A stretch of DNA of 64,000 bases from Bigelowiella natans CCMP2755 (taxonomy: Eukaryota > Protista > Cercozoa). The DNA lies in contig ADNK01000979.1 of NCBI GenBank assembly GCA_000320545.1, forward strand, positions 38,805-102,804, read 5' to 3'. Shown one piece after another: positions 1 to 12,450 of this stretch. The notes under the pieces are model-generated. The model was not told where the DNA came from, ran no database searches, and saw only the letters and a program-made list of their open reading frames with translations. Positions within the stretch are counted from its first letter, which is position 1. Each line of letters begins with the position of its first letter. Made by a program: the position numbers and the translations under genes.

Positions 1-197
1 TAATAGGTTGTAGCAATATGTAGCAGTATAGCAGGAGCAAATAATAGTAGAAATGATCATACACATCACACGGCGTCATCATGGCTAACCTGCTTCTCGC
101 TGCGATACACCAGTTTTATTTAGATGATTTAAATGCTCGCTACGATTAGTTGTTACGTTGAAAGGACGGAAATCGTGTGCAACGACTATGAATCCGT

Positions 198-1457
198 CTA
201 GTCATACTTTGTTGACTCTTGAGACTTCTCTGGGGAGCTCGCAGATAAGATTTCGTCCACCCGAGCTCGTGCTCTGCGGAGTGACTGCCGAAAGGCTGCC
301 CGAGCTCCTCTGACAACAGGCTCTACAGTTGATGATTGGAGGAGTGGCAATTTTTTTCTGGTGGAAGATGTCTTGACCGATACTTTTTCGAGACTGTGGT
401 TTGACGTTGCATCCAGTGAACATGAGGCACCTGCGCGGCTCCTTGCCAAATCCGGTGCCTCTGGACCAGTATTTAATGGTGTTCTCGAATGTTTCTTATC
501 CTGAAGTTTGCGATGTTGCCTTTGCTCATCCTCCCTCTCTGGCTGCACGTAGTCGCCATTCTCTCGCTTGCCACCTTCAGTCGCTGAGTTAATTTTTTCG
601 TTGGCATTGACTGTAGGGCTGAGATCTTCGTGATTTATTGGAACAGAGTCAAAGCATACAGACGATGACAATTTAGTAGTCGTGGCTTGGCCTGGATATA
701 TCTGTCTTCTTGTGAGCTTCATCGCCTGATCTGCACCGATTGCTGAAGCAGAACTGGAAGGTACAGTGCTGGTGGCGGTGGAAATTGATGTCGTGGACAG
801 GGCGAGGCTGTTCTCTACGGTACAACAATAACACGACGATTTAGCACGGGGCAGAAGTACAAGAGCTTCTATTCGGTATCGGTGATCATTGACAACGAAT
901 CTACTGAGAGGTTTGTCGTGCGAGTTGTGAAACAAAAATACGCGGTTTTCCGGGAAATGAAGTGTTTCAGGTGAAGAGGGATAATAACCTAATTTAACTG
1001 TCTTGTTTCCACGCCGCCTTTGTATCGGCACCGGTGAACGTCCGCCAGGTAGAGAGGGGAAGCCTCCGTCCCCAGCAGCTATGATGGCCTCTTTCTGCAG
1101 ATGTGTTGTTTGAAGGAGGGGGGAGGGGAAAAGATAATTAAACATCGTGTGAAATTTGCATGTGGGAACGGCGTTTCTTAATCTCCATACCATGAGTCGC
1201 TCTGCAGACTCGTTTGCAATCCTATTGTATCCTGCCGATTCTACTGCGATATCAGCCGCACCTAGAACCTCATCCTGCAATGAAAAACAAGTATCACTTG
1301 CTCGATCATCACCATGATAATAAATTTCACGCTCAAAAAAAGAAATGTTGATATAATGAAACTGCGTTCAGCAAAAGTGCCCACAACTTTGTCTACCCAA
1401 CGTCAGTCTCAGCCTAGCTATTTACTGGGTATCAATTTCTATAATTTTTAAATATGA

Positions 1458-1492
<35 letters not shown>

Positions 1493-3285
1493 CTATAAAT
1501 ATTGTGCAAATATCTTATTGGTAGCAGTGGATTGCCGACAATTACGTTTGGATATTTCTTTGAAGGTTGGGCTAAGCTATTATTGCTCTTGCCATGTGCC
1601 TTTGCTGGCTTCGACTTCGTTTTGATCTTCTTCTTCGAGACAGCAACGGCAGGCTGAATCTCACGAATTTCACGGAGGGTGCGATCATCATTTGCAGCGT
1701 GCTCGTTCAGAGACTTTGCAGTTCCATCGGAGCCATATTTGAGGTCATCCGTATTATGCGTGCAATCGGAAAGATTATTCTCGCTCGCAGAATCATCATC
1801 AGTGGCAGCGCTGGCAGCAGCAACAGGGACAGCACCTGAGGCGATGAGCTCGTCTTTCTCTTGTGGGAGATCTCTGTCATCGGTAGAGCTCGGAGAGCTT
1901 GGAGTTTTGAGGCCTCTAGAGAAGCTTGAACTCCGGGAATGGCTCCGAAGATCATGGTGGCGGTGTATGTAGTTGTCCACATCCTCGTCGGTATTAGGCT
2001 CGGGGAGGTCACGACGCCGCTGTCGTGGTTTGAAGGGTATGGTGATCTTCCTCATCGTCGTATTTATACGGGCATTATTTACGAGAGCTCGCTGGCGTTT
2101 GGTGCCGCCATCTTCTTGCAGCATTTTCGCCTGCACAATATGCCTGAAGCTTGCTCCGTTAGCAGCCTCTAGCACCTTGGCCTCCAAACGGCCTATGTAT
2201 TCATCGCGTTTTTTTTCCTTCTCTTTTGCTTTCTTCTTCTGATCTAGCAGAAACCGCACACGACGCACAGCGCCGAGGAGCCTACTTTCACTGCGAGAAA
2301 GATTTCCTTTTAACCTTCGAATCTCCTGCAGACGTTCAGCGTGCAGCTTTTTGTTTCTTTCCTTTTCTGTTGTTAACATATTCTGCAAAACTCTCACCTC
2401 CTCCTCTGCTCGCTTCAGCTTTGCTTTTATTTTGCTAAAGAGGTCTGAATTCCATGTCTGTTGGCGCCTAACAACCTCTGGGATTGAAAAATCTTCAGGG
2501 GGCTCTGACTCTACCAGCAGCTGCTCTGTGGCCACATTTCGCCAGAACTCGTCTTTCCTCTTAGTAGCGATTTGGCGCTTTTTCTCGGTATTCATCAGTT
2601 CTTCTACAAGTGTCCTAAGTTTAGTGTGAGACATTTCTAGTTCCTTGATCCTCTCGTTTCCCGCATTCGCTACTTTCTCCGCGCTTGCAGCTCGTTTCTG
2701 AAGCCTTCGTTGACAATCCATCGCTTCTTCGGCTCTGGTGCTGAAGTCCCTCTTCAACTCTACATTCTCAGCGAGCCTATTCGCCGCTAGCTTTTTCAAC
2801 GTTTCATGCTCAACCTGCAAGTTCCGATACGCTGCAATCGTATCTGAAAACGAATCAACGGTGTAATGACTTCCATTTGGCAGATCGTCTTTCTTAGCAT
2901 TCTCTTCGCCTTTGGCATCTTCCTCCTCACTAACCACAAACCGCTCATTTCCCCTGCTGTTGCCATTATAGACATCGCGGTATTCGTGTGCTGCTGCGGC
3001 GACTATCTTGGACTTCTCGAGTTCCTTCTCCCGCTGCAACTGTCTTATTTGGCGCTTTAGCTCTTCTGCCTGATCAGCTGCTTCTTTCTCCCGCTTCGCC
3101 GCCCCTTTTCGGATTCTTTCTAACGTACCGGCATGGCGTTTGGCCTGGGCACCGTACGCTCGGACTTGTGCTCGCAGCTGTGTTACTATTGCATCAACCC
3201 GGGAGGTGTTGGCTGCTGTGCTCTGGCCTGCTGGCGGACGCGATTTTGCACCACGTTTCTGCTTTTTCTGGGGCACTCCCCTCAT
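198..3285 (-). CDS. Spliced gene for an unknown long coiled-coil protein with a low-complexity C-terminus
   Basis: The 617-aa ORF (1432-3285) is rich in E/K/R/Q heptads. A GT donor near 1545 and a CAG acceptor near 1275 join it to the 198-1280 ORF; more introns are likely. No recognisable domain. Confidence 0.6.
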
Positions 3286-4131
3286 TTTCTATGCCCTCTT
3301 GTTTCCTCTAAGATGTGTCCCAATTCTTACTCAGGGATGGGGAGGAAGCGGCACGGCGGTCACTGAGGGGTACATGGCCAACGGGCCATACACATGATTA
3401 GATGAGCAGTTTCAGGCTGACAGCCGTTAACGGGATACGATGTGTTGTGCGAGTTGTTGCATGTGTTCGTACTTGTCTATGGGACAATGTAACTACGTAA
3501 TATCCCGGGAGAAAAATAAGTTTAATGTTATGATATGTTTCGTATAATTTTATGTCTAAGTGTATGATTTGTCTTGGGGTCGAATATCTAAAAATAGCCA
3601 CTTTATTTTCGAGCGAAAACAAGTGGTGTAGTGGCCGGTAAAGAGAGGTCAAAGGAAACAGTGTTCTATAGAAGAGCCTGTCAAAATTAAATCGAAATAA
3701 TATCGTAAAGCGAGAGTATATTTCCATGTATACATTGCTACTTCAGGGCTGACTCAGGAGGCGACTTAATCTACGACGAAATAACTAAGCCTTTTACCAT
3801 GTAAATGTCGTAGAAAACACTGGTACTCGAATCACACACCGAAACATTTGTTTTGTGCTCAATACTCATGTCGCAAAGATAAAATCCAACCACATTCAAC
3901 CGAAAAAAGACGGTTTCAAGAAAAAAACGACGACAAGCAGGCGTTTTTTCCCAGACATGTCTGTGTGTCGTCGTTTCACCTGAAGAATACAACTCCTGCT
4001 GTCCGTCCTGCTCTGCCTCGAGATCTGCACGAAAGAGCTTTTGAGGTGGGAGGGGTAGAAGGAGTAGCAGACTACACGCCTGGCTCAGCCCAAAAATTGC
4101 AGCAGCCATTGTACGACTGGACACGATAGAG

Positions 4132-4400
4132 ATGTCTGGACCAGCATGTGCTGCAATCGCGCGGCTCCGCCCCCCAGAGAAGAAGGCCCAGCCGGGATTC
4201 ATTGGCGACGAGCAGACGAACACGGTTCGCAACGCGGCTGGGCTCGAAACATCGTTTTCCAAAGTGTATCTTCCTACCACAAACCTCCTGGCAATGTTCA
4301 CTGAGAGCCTGAGGGCTAAGGTGTTCAGAGTGATGGAGGGCAGGAATGTGTGTCTTTGCGCATATGGCACACCGAATTCTGGAAACAAGGAGGTGCGTAC

Positions 4401-4437
<37 letters not shown>

Positions 4438-4552
4438 TTGGTGGTGTAAGTCTAAAAATAGTACAAGAACAACAATTTACATATTTGCGTGTGTATGTGT
4501 GCTAGTTGGGGGATTCGACGAAAAGTCCCATTGTCATTGTCATAAGATGTAC

Positions 4553-4595
<43 letters not shown>

Positions 4596-4777
4596 ACATT
4601 ATATAAAATGTTATTTGAAGATGATGTTTGGCTCGGACGATGGAACCGGAGTCATTAGTATGGCTATACAGGTATATGATAATTACCTTGCCTTCTTCCT
4701 TCGCCTCTGCCTCTCTTCCCCCCTCCCCCTCTTCTGATTCTTCAACTACAATACCCCGACCTTCTCTACTTCACCAC

Positions 4778-4838
<61 letters not shown>

Positions 4839-5941
4839 TATGCGAATGCTAAATTAACCTGTAACTTTCTATCCAGACACTGTTTGCGATGATGGAGTCA
4901 GGAGATAAGAACTTCTGTGTCACGGTAGAGACCTTGTATGATAGCTAAACTTGCGAGGAGGTGGGTGGGGAGTGTAGGCGATAGACATAGCAGCTGCATA
5001 CGTCTAAAATAATCTCATTTATTACACAAACACAACATCCTAGGTCTCCATGTGTCAAGTAGCCTCGGACATGGTAGTGGATCTGCTTAATCCTACGGAC
5101 GAAGCCTCGCTCCAGGTGTAAGCACGTCCGCATTCATACGAGTATTAGCCTTTGATGCGCACAGCCCCTACGTGCACATCCACGGCCTCATTCAGTAACA
5201 TCTTAGATCAAGACAAACCGATCTGGTTTTTACATCGAAGGGCAGAGTTATCAAATTGGCAGGAACGAAGGTGACAGCAATCCCAAATCACATTAGAGGA
5301 CATTAGAGGAATCTTCCATGTTTGTAGTGCCAAATATGTGCCGCTGTTTCTGAACCGGGTTGAGAACGCAACACATCAATTGCTTGTCTTGGCGCGAAAT
5401 CTTCCACGCTCCACATCAAAATTTGTGAATTACTATTTACTGTGTCAAAGGCGAAACAGTTGAGATTATAAACCAAGGACTGCGGGTTCATAAGGCTTTA
5501 ACGACTCAGGTATTGGCTCTCTTTATTTCCCCCTCCCTCCCTCCCTCCCTCCCTCCTACCGTATTCACAATGTATTGTGTACTTCTACGTGTAGATGCAA
5601 ACCGTAGCGAAACCACAAATCCTGATCGATGTGGTGGTTGAGTCGTGCTCCAAAGGAAGCCATTTGGACCAGATCGTTTCAGGTGATTTTTTAAAAAGTT
5701 AGGGAGGGCGGGGGGGGGAGAAGGAGAGAGTGAGGACCGTACGGATATGAACGTGTATGTATCTCCCCTCCCCTTTCAGGAAAGCTTAGGTTAGCCCTGA
5801 TTGAGTCTGGAAAGGAGGCTCTCACCCTAGATAATGGCCTACGAAACCTTGTAGCAGGTAGTGATTTTTTTTTTTTTTTTCCTATAATGAATACTACTGT
5901 GCTACTGCGACTACTAATGCTGAATATCGGGAAATTCTTCC

Positions 5942-5983
<42 letters not shown>

Positions 5984-6523
5984 GTCTCGCTCGCTCGCTC
6001 CCCCCCCCGCCTTTCACTGCGTGTGTGTGTGTGTGTATTTTTGTGTGTATTGACCTATTTATTGCTGCTAGTTATCCAATCGCTTGCCGCAGGAGTAGCT
6101 TCCAGCCAAGTAAGGAAAATATCTAACAATAGCAGGAATATCTAAATCCTGAAAAAAACATCAGCAACTTTCCTCCACTTTTTTGACGTGACAACAAAAA
6201 TTGCAATGTTTTGCTTTGATTACGAAGAGGTTTCTTCTTTGTTGAAAAAAAATCCATTTTCACTTCACCTCCCACACCTCCACCATTACCATCGCCTTGA
6301 CTGTGTAAAAAGTCTTGCTGGCCTTATATCATGTCACCCCAAGTGTTTTGTTCTCACTGCTTTGAATTCCTTCGGCACAGGTTCCTTATAATTCTTCGCC
6401 GCTTACACAGCTGCTAGCTCTTAATCTTGGCGGAAACTGTGAAACTACATTCATTGCTACAATCGATCCCATAGGAGAGACTGAAAGTACGTTGCACGCT
6501 ACCTGCATACATCATTGTGTGTG

Positions 6524-6563
<40 letters not shown>

Positions 6564-8845
6564 CGTGCGTGTACGTGCATGTTCTTCATGAAGCGCACAG
6601 AATAGATACCGATCAGATTTTCAGCTGTACTATTCCTTTTTGTATTTCCTCGCAAGGCTGTATTAACACTTTTTGCTTGCACGAATCATTAAAGAGAAGG
6701 AGGTTGCACATATTTTAATTCATAATGGAGGATATTGCGTGTCCCGCGTCTATCTTCTTGCTTTTCGGTGTGTGGATGCATCGAAATTAATGAAAGCGAT
6801 CTGACGGTGAAAATAACACAGGTATAGAGAAAATGCTGGCATTAATGACAAAGATTCCCAAGATTATCAATACTGCGGTCGTGAATAAAAGCATGCTTTC
6901 CTCCGAGATTCAAATCCTCAGGTGCTGATCGTGATCTGGAAAAATAAGCGAAAGCCACGCGGCACCTCCCGCGTGTGTGTCGGAGGATAAATTGGAATTG
7001 AGTGATGAAAGATATGTCTCTAGACAATCTGCTATAAATGCAAGCGCACAGAAGATAACACACTCTCACAAAAAGGGCAGGGGAAAGAAAGACCGCATAT
7101 TCATACGGTTGTTGCTATTTTTTAGGAAGGAAATCCGGGCAGCCAGAGCCAAAATGAAGCTGTCGCAACCAGGCCGTTTTCTGCACGATATTGATCAGAA
7201 AGATCTCGCGGAGTTTCAGGTGCGCAATCATCTGGTTAATTTCTGGTGTTAGTGAAACCGGGCTGCTACCTTATTTATGTTCGTCTCTACTCTACCTAGA
7301 ATAAGCTTAAAAATTTGGAGATTCTGAAGGAAACAACATGGGAAGCGAAACGGCAAAAGGTGCAAAGGAACATAACGTATAGTAGGAGGATGCGACCTTG
7401 AAACTGCTTTCCGATAATGAAATACACTTCGATTAAATACTTATGTTTGCGTGTATGTGTCTATGTACATGCCTCTTTGTGCTCGTAGTCTGTCGAATGG
7501 CGGGAGAAAAGAAAGACGTCACTACGGAAGCTTGGCTTGCTACACGTGCTTCAAGAAAAAATCGCTATCAACACCAAGGCAGAGCAGCAGGCCAAAGATG
7601 TAAGGATGATGATAACCCATCGCATGCCGTGTGTGGGCGTGTACATGGAGAGTTATAATCACTCGGATTAGTCTTGGAAATTTGAAAGTGTTTGACGTTT
7701 GTTGTTATTATTCTTTACATCTCCTATCAGTTGAAGAAAGGCATCGTCGAGTCGCTTACCATGCTGAATCGCTATTCTAGCCACATCAAGAAAGAGGAAA
7801 TGAGACAAACACAATGGGCGAGGTACTGTAGCTGCAACTAACTACTAGGAGCTCCCCTAACAGAATAGATAGCATCGAGATAGTGATTGCAGTGAAGCCA
7901 GAGGAATTATAATAGACACACAAACACATGTTTTGCGAGACCACGCAACACTTTGGCGCGCGCGCTTGATTGTCGATACGTTCACGGTACTCTTTTTCCA
8001 ATAAAATTTAAAAAAAGTGATGAGAAATTCGACCCTCGGAAGATCGAGGCCTCCAAGGAAAAAGTGCGCAAGTATCAGAAACAACGAAAGGAAGAAATGC
8101 TCAACTACGAGAAGCAGTCTCAGAAGTATCGGAAACTGATCGAATCAGGTGCCGTCATCACGATATCGCTACTTTTAACATAGCGCGTTGTCATTATCGA
8201 ACGGTGTTAATTTGCCAGCCCCTTTGCAACAAATGGGTGATGGCCTGAAAGCAAACATGCTGAACGACTTGAAAGACTCATTCCACTAACTAACATATAT
8301 CATTGGCCGTGCATTTGTGTATACTTCATTCACAGCTGTCGAGGAGGAAGAGAGAAAGGTACGCAACTGAGATGTTTCGTCAAATTTGGCCCATGCAGCA
8401 CACGTATACCTGAACGATGATGATAGCGACACGAAATGAACTACAACACACTCACACTTAAACTTATATGATCGATCTTCAGAGAAAAACGTACATGATG
8501 TCGGCGGAACAACTGAGCGCATATCACTCAGACGTAGAGCATAACCTATTACACATCAGGTTTCAGATACATCAAATAGATAGCTGCAGAGAGATAGAGA
8601 GAGAGAGAGTTAAGATACACATGAAAATACTATCATTCATGAATCGATGATTTCTGGGGGAAATGGGAGCTTTTGGGCTGTTTGTCGGTATCTCATGTTC
8701 CTCCTGTCTCTACTTGCTTTGCACACACGCAGTTTTGATAATAATAACGAACTGGTCGATTCACTCATCGACTTGGAGAGGAAAAAGTGTGCGGACCTTG
8801 TAGAATTCAAAGAGGCGGACGACAAAGTTCGGGGACACATTGAGG

Positions 8846-8884
<39 letters not shown>

Positions 8885-9735
8885 TTATTTTGTATATTTG
8901 CTTCAATTTGTATTTAATCTGTGCTCGAACATGTGTACACACCATTCATTCTCTGCATCATCATCATCATCATCATCATCCAATATGTAGGCGCGATATG
9001 AAGCTGAGAAAAAGGCTATTCGTCGAGGGTTGGAGAGAGAACACCTCAAAGAATTGCTGGTAGTTCAAAATACAGCTTTCATAAGATTCAAATCGCCGTG
9101 AAATTGAGGACGAAATTACGATGTAATTTGCTTCTCTTCTTCTTCTTCATCACCTTCTTCATTTTTCAGGTCGAGAATAAGTTCCGATACGAAGCATTCA
9201 TGCACCGCAATGAAGTACACATGCTGGACATCTTCAAACAGTAAGAAACTAACGACGATTTTTTACTGTTGCCGCAAATCGCTAGTCTAGTAGTTTTAGT
9301 GGAGGATATGAAAGCAAAATTTCCCCATTTCGAGGCACCAACCTTCTCCGCGCCAGGGGTGGCTAGATATATTTTATTTGAATTTAACGATCTCGAAATT
9401 CCAGATTTCTGCTGCAGCTTTACATTTTTATAATATCTCGATAGGTATCGTGAGCATTTTGAAGAGCAGAAACGAGAAATGGAACATCGTTACCGCAACA
9501 TCTTGAAGCAATCAGTCCAGGACGCAGTCCTTTTGCAGGTAGTTGCGCATGTAACATTTTTAGGATGGGGCACACAAAAGTAAATCCATATATGGAAATC
9601 ATTACCACATTTCGCGTAAGAGAATTGGTGTGAATACATGATTCTCACATGTCTCCAATTTTTGTGCAGAAAAAAAACCTAGAACTTCAGGCTCAAGTCA
9701 ATTTCTTGCAGAAAAACTCTCAAGGATTTCGCTGA
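4132..9735 (+). CDS. Multi-exon kinesin-like protein with a degenerate motor domain and a C-terminal coiled coil
   Basis: Exon peptides follow kinesin motor order: ARLRP; EGRNVCLCAYGTPNSGNKE|MMFG..GVI; VSMCQVASDMVVDLLNP; GKLRLALIESGKE; VPYNSSPLTQLLALNLGGNCETTFIATIDP. Coiled-coil exons then end ...KNSQGFR* at 9735. Confidence 0.75.
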
Positions 9736-11199
9736 AAACATGAATAAGTTGTGTTGATGTTATGCACACAACCCGCCCCCGAGAACATCTTGCGCACTTG
9801 TGACACAATGCTCACCACGATGATGCGGTTGACCGGAGCGAGGCGGGAGACGACTGACACAAATGAAATTGTTTTTGTGCAATGCTAACACTCGTTCGTA
9901 CAATCCTAACATGTCACCTGTACTGCACTGGTACACTGCAATTAGGCACATGTCTAGATGGACATGCTTTGCACGCACGTGCGTGGTGCTACGCACCTGC
10001 TAGCCTGGTGTCGAATCAATGTGGCGAGCGTGCTCATTTTGCCATGTGTGCATGCGTGATCGACAGCATGCAATGCAATCGCACAATGAACCTTCAATGA
10101 TGGATTGACGTCGCGCTGACATCAGCCATCAGCTGATCGCAGCTTCATGTCCAGGTGTGCGCAGCATGAATGGTGTTTTGTCTCCGACCTGCAAACAACG
10201 CGTGTCAAATGGTCACGCGACTAGCTCCGTCCATTTGTGCATGCGCGCGTACAATCATCGATGGCTGGCATCGCATAGATGGCCAAACGCAACATGCACA
10301 TGGGCTGCATGGCGCGCACGCACGTGCGAACACGTGCAGTTTCCACACCTGTTCTTTGCAAAAGCACACATGCCACAAAGTGCATGTGAGATCAATCACA
10401 CACACGTCCCAGAGAACATGTGTTCTGAACCCGGGTGCGCTAGATGTAGCCACATGTGGGCTACACGCAATCGCACACGCTGCGCATGCAGCCATTTCAT
10501 CTAGCGCATGCATGTGCAGATGACTCGTGCAAGCATGCAAATAAAAAAGTTTCATGTGACAAGGTCACAACTATACAACGTACGTGCCATGCATGCGCGA
10601 TCATCATTGCGCGCGTAGCACAGCACACATGCATTGCAAGTGCATGCGATGCAGCGTGCGTGCGCTATTTTGAATGGCCATTTGTGCCACATGTGTTCAG
10701 AGTAGCATGTATCGTCATAACGCGCGCCGTAATAAGCGTAGCGTGCGTGATACGATCGGCCGATACATGTGCTTGAACACATTTTGTGATAGTGTGAAAG
10801 TGTCATATGCGAATAGATACGACATATATGCGCTGCATGTAGCCGCTGCTTTGCATAGCTACATTGAAAAGGTTTAATCACGCGCTTTAGATGCTGCGCA
10901 TTATCATGTATGAATGCATGTATAATATCGTAATAGTCCAGCAGCAGCGGCCGCATGATACGACGCTATTTCATGCTGGCAACCTACCCACGTACATAGC
11001 CTACACTTCCCTGCTAACTCTCTGCCAACTTACTTTGTTACAATAATAGTGTAAAACTTAGTGAGGCGACTCGACGAATGTGCTAATATGCCGGATGATG
11101 GCTCCGCACGCTTTATTTACCGCACATAGCCACATTGTCGGTACATTACGTCATTGCTCATCACACCCCGCTATGAATTGGCTAGTACATGAATCGTAT

Positions 11200-12407
11200 T
11201 TATTTGAGCTTTTTCTTCTTCCTTTTCTTGGTTGATGTCGGTGTTGCACTGGCAGACGATTCTGGTAGGATGCAAGAACGATGAAGGCAATTAGAGCAAT
11301 AACCCATTAGATTTTTCGAAGTTTTGTAGGAGAGAGCAGAGGATAGAATTGGACTTCGAAGAAAGTGTGATTCAATTTACTATACATATATATATATATG
11401 CGCGCGCGTGTGTATTCACGTGAATATATCATTCATCCAGCGTTATCTTGATCACCTGTCGACTGCTGTCTCTTTTTCTGAGCAGCAGCTTTCTTTTTGT
11501 TGTTGTTGTTCTTCTTCTTCTTGCTACTCATGCCAGACAAAGAGGAATCGGCAGTTGTGGAAGGAATAGAACTTGCGTCGTCATTAATTACTTTCAGATA
11601 CGTCGAGGAGTTCCAAGAAAGGAGGTCTCGCTGATCCATTTTCATTGCCTAATAATTTGGGTAAAAAACGTCATCAATATTACCGCTATTATTATTATTA
11701 TAATTATTATTATTATTATTATTCATCACTTTTGGTGACAATGGGTTCATTTGCAGCTTCTTTCTCCACATGCATAAGCCAGCTTCATTGGTTTTGTGCT
11801 TTACCTCTTCTGATAAATACTGTTGAATTTGCTTCGATTGTTGCTGTTGTTGTCCTTGTTGCAGGATGGGTTCATGATTCAATCCCTCGTTCCCTCCCTT
11901 CATTTCTAAAATGAGCCGATCTCGCAGTCCTTCGTCTTGCTCCTCCAAGGCGTTCTGCCCATTCTAAACCGAAAAAGAACATCAATGTTGCAATTCATTG
12001 CGCTATATCATCCTAAAAGGGGCTTTAAATTTCGCGGATTTATACATTTAGAGTCGCTTTTGCCCTGCGCGACATCACAATCCAATAATAAGTAGCATCT
12101 TCGATATTGTCAGTATGAATATATAATTTGTTGCTTCGAATAAATGGTTTTTATGTTCCTCAGAGACCACGCCCTTGCTAACCCCCTCCCCCTCTCCTCT
12201 CTCCCCTTCCGACCTCTTTTGATATGAGTAGGCGCATGAGGGAATCGTACCTATTCGTACGCACAAAATCCAAACGACGACATCAAATCAACGATAAATT
12301 TCAGAGGTAGGAGGAGCAATGGTGGGAGTAGCAAGTAGCAGTAGAGAAGTTCTTTTAAAAATGAAAGAAACTTTGGATTGACAGTACTGAGGGCATCGTT
12401 GACTTGT

Positions 12408-12450
<43 letters not shown>

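Noticed and set aside
3771-4388. 205-aa minus-strand ORF
   Set aside because: Antisense to kinesin exon 1 and its promoter; no recognisable features.
9760-10956. Many overlapping 70-135 aa His/Cys/Ala-rich ORFs
   Set aside because: Explained by loss of TA-containing stop codons in the TpA-depleted spacer; no domain and no splice logic.
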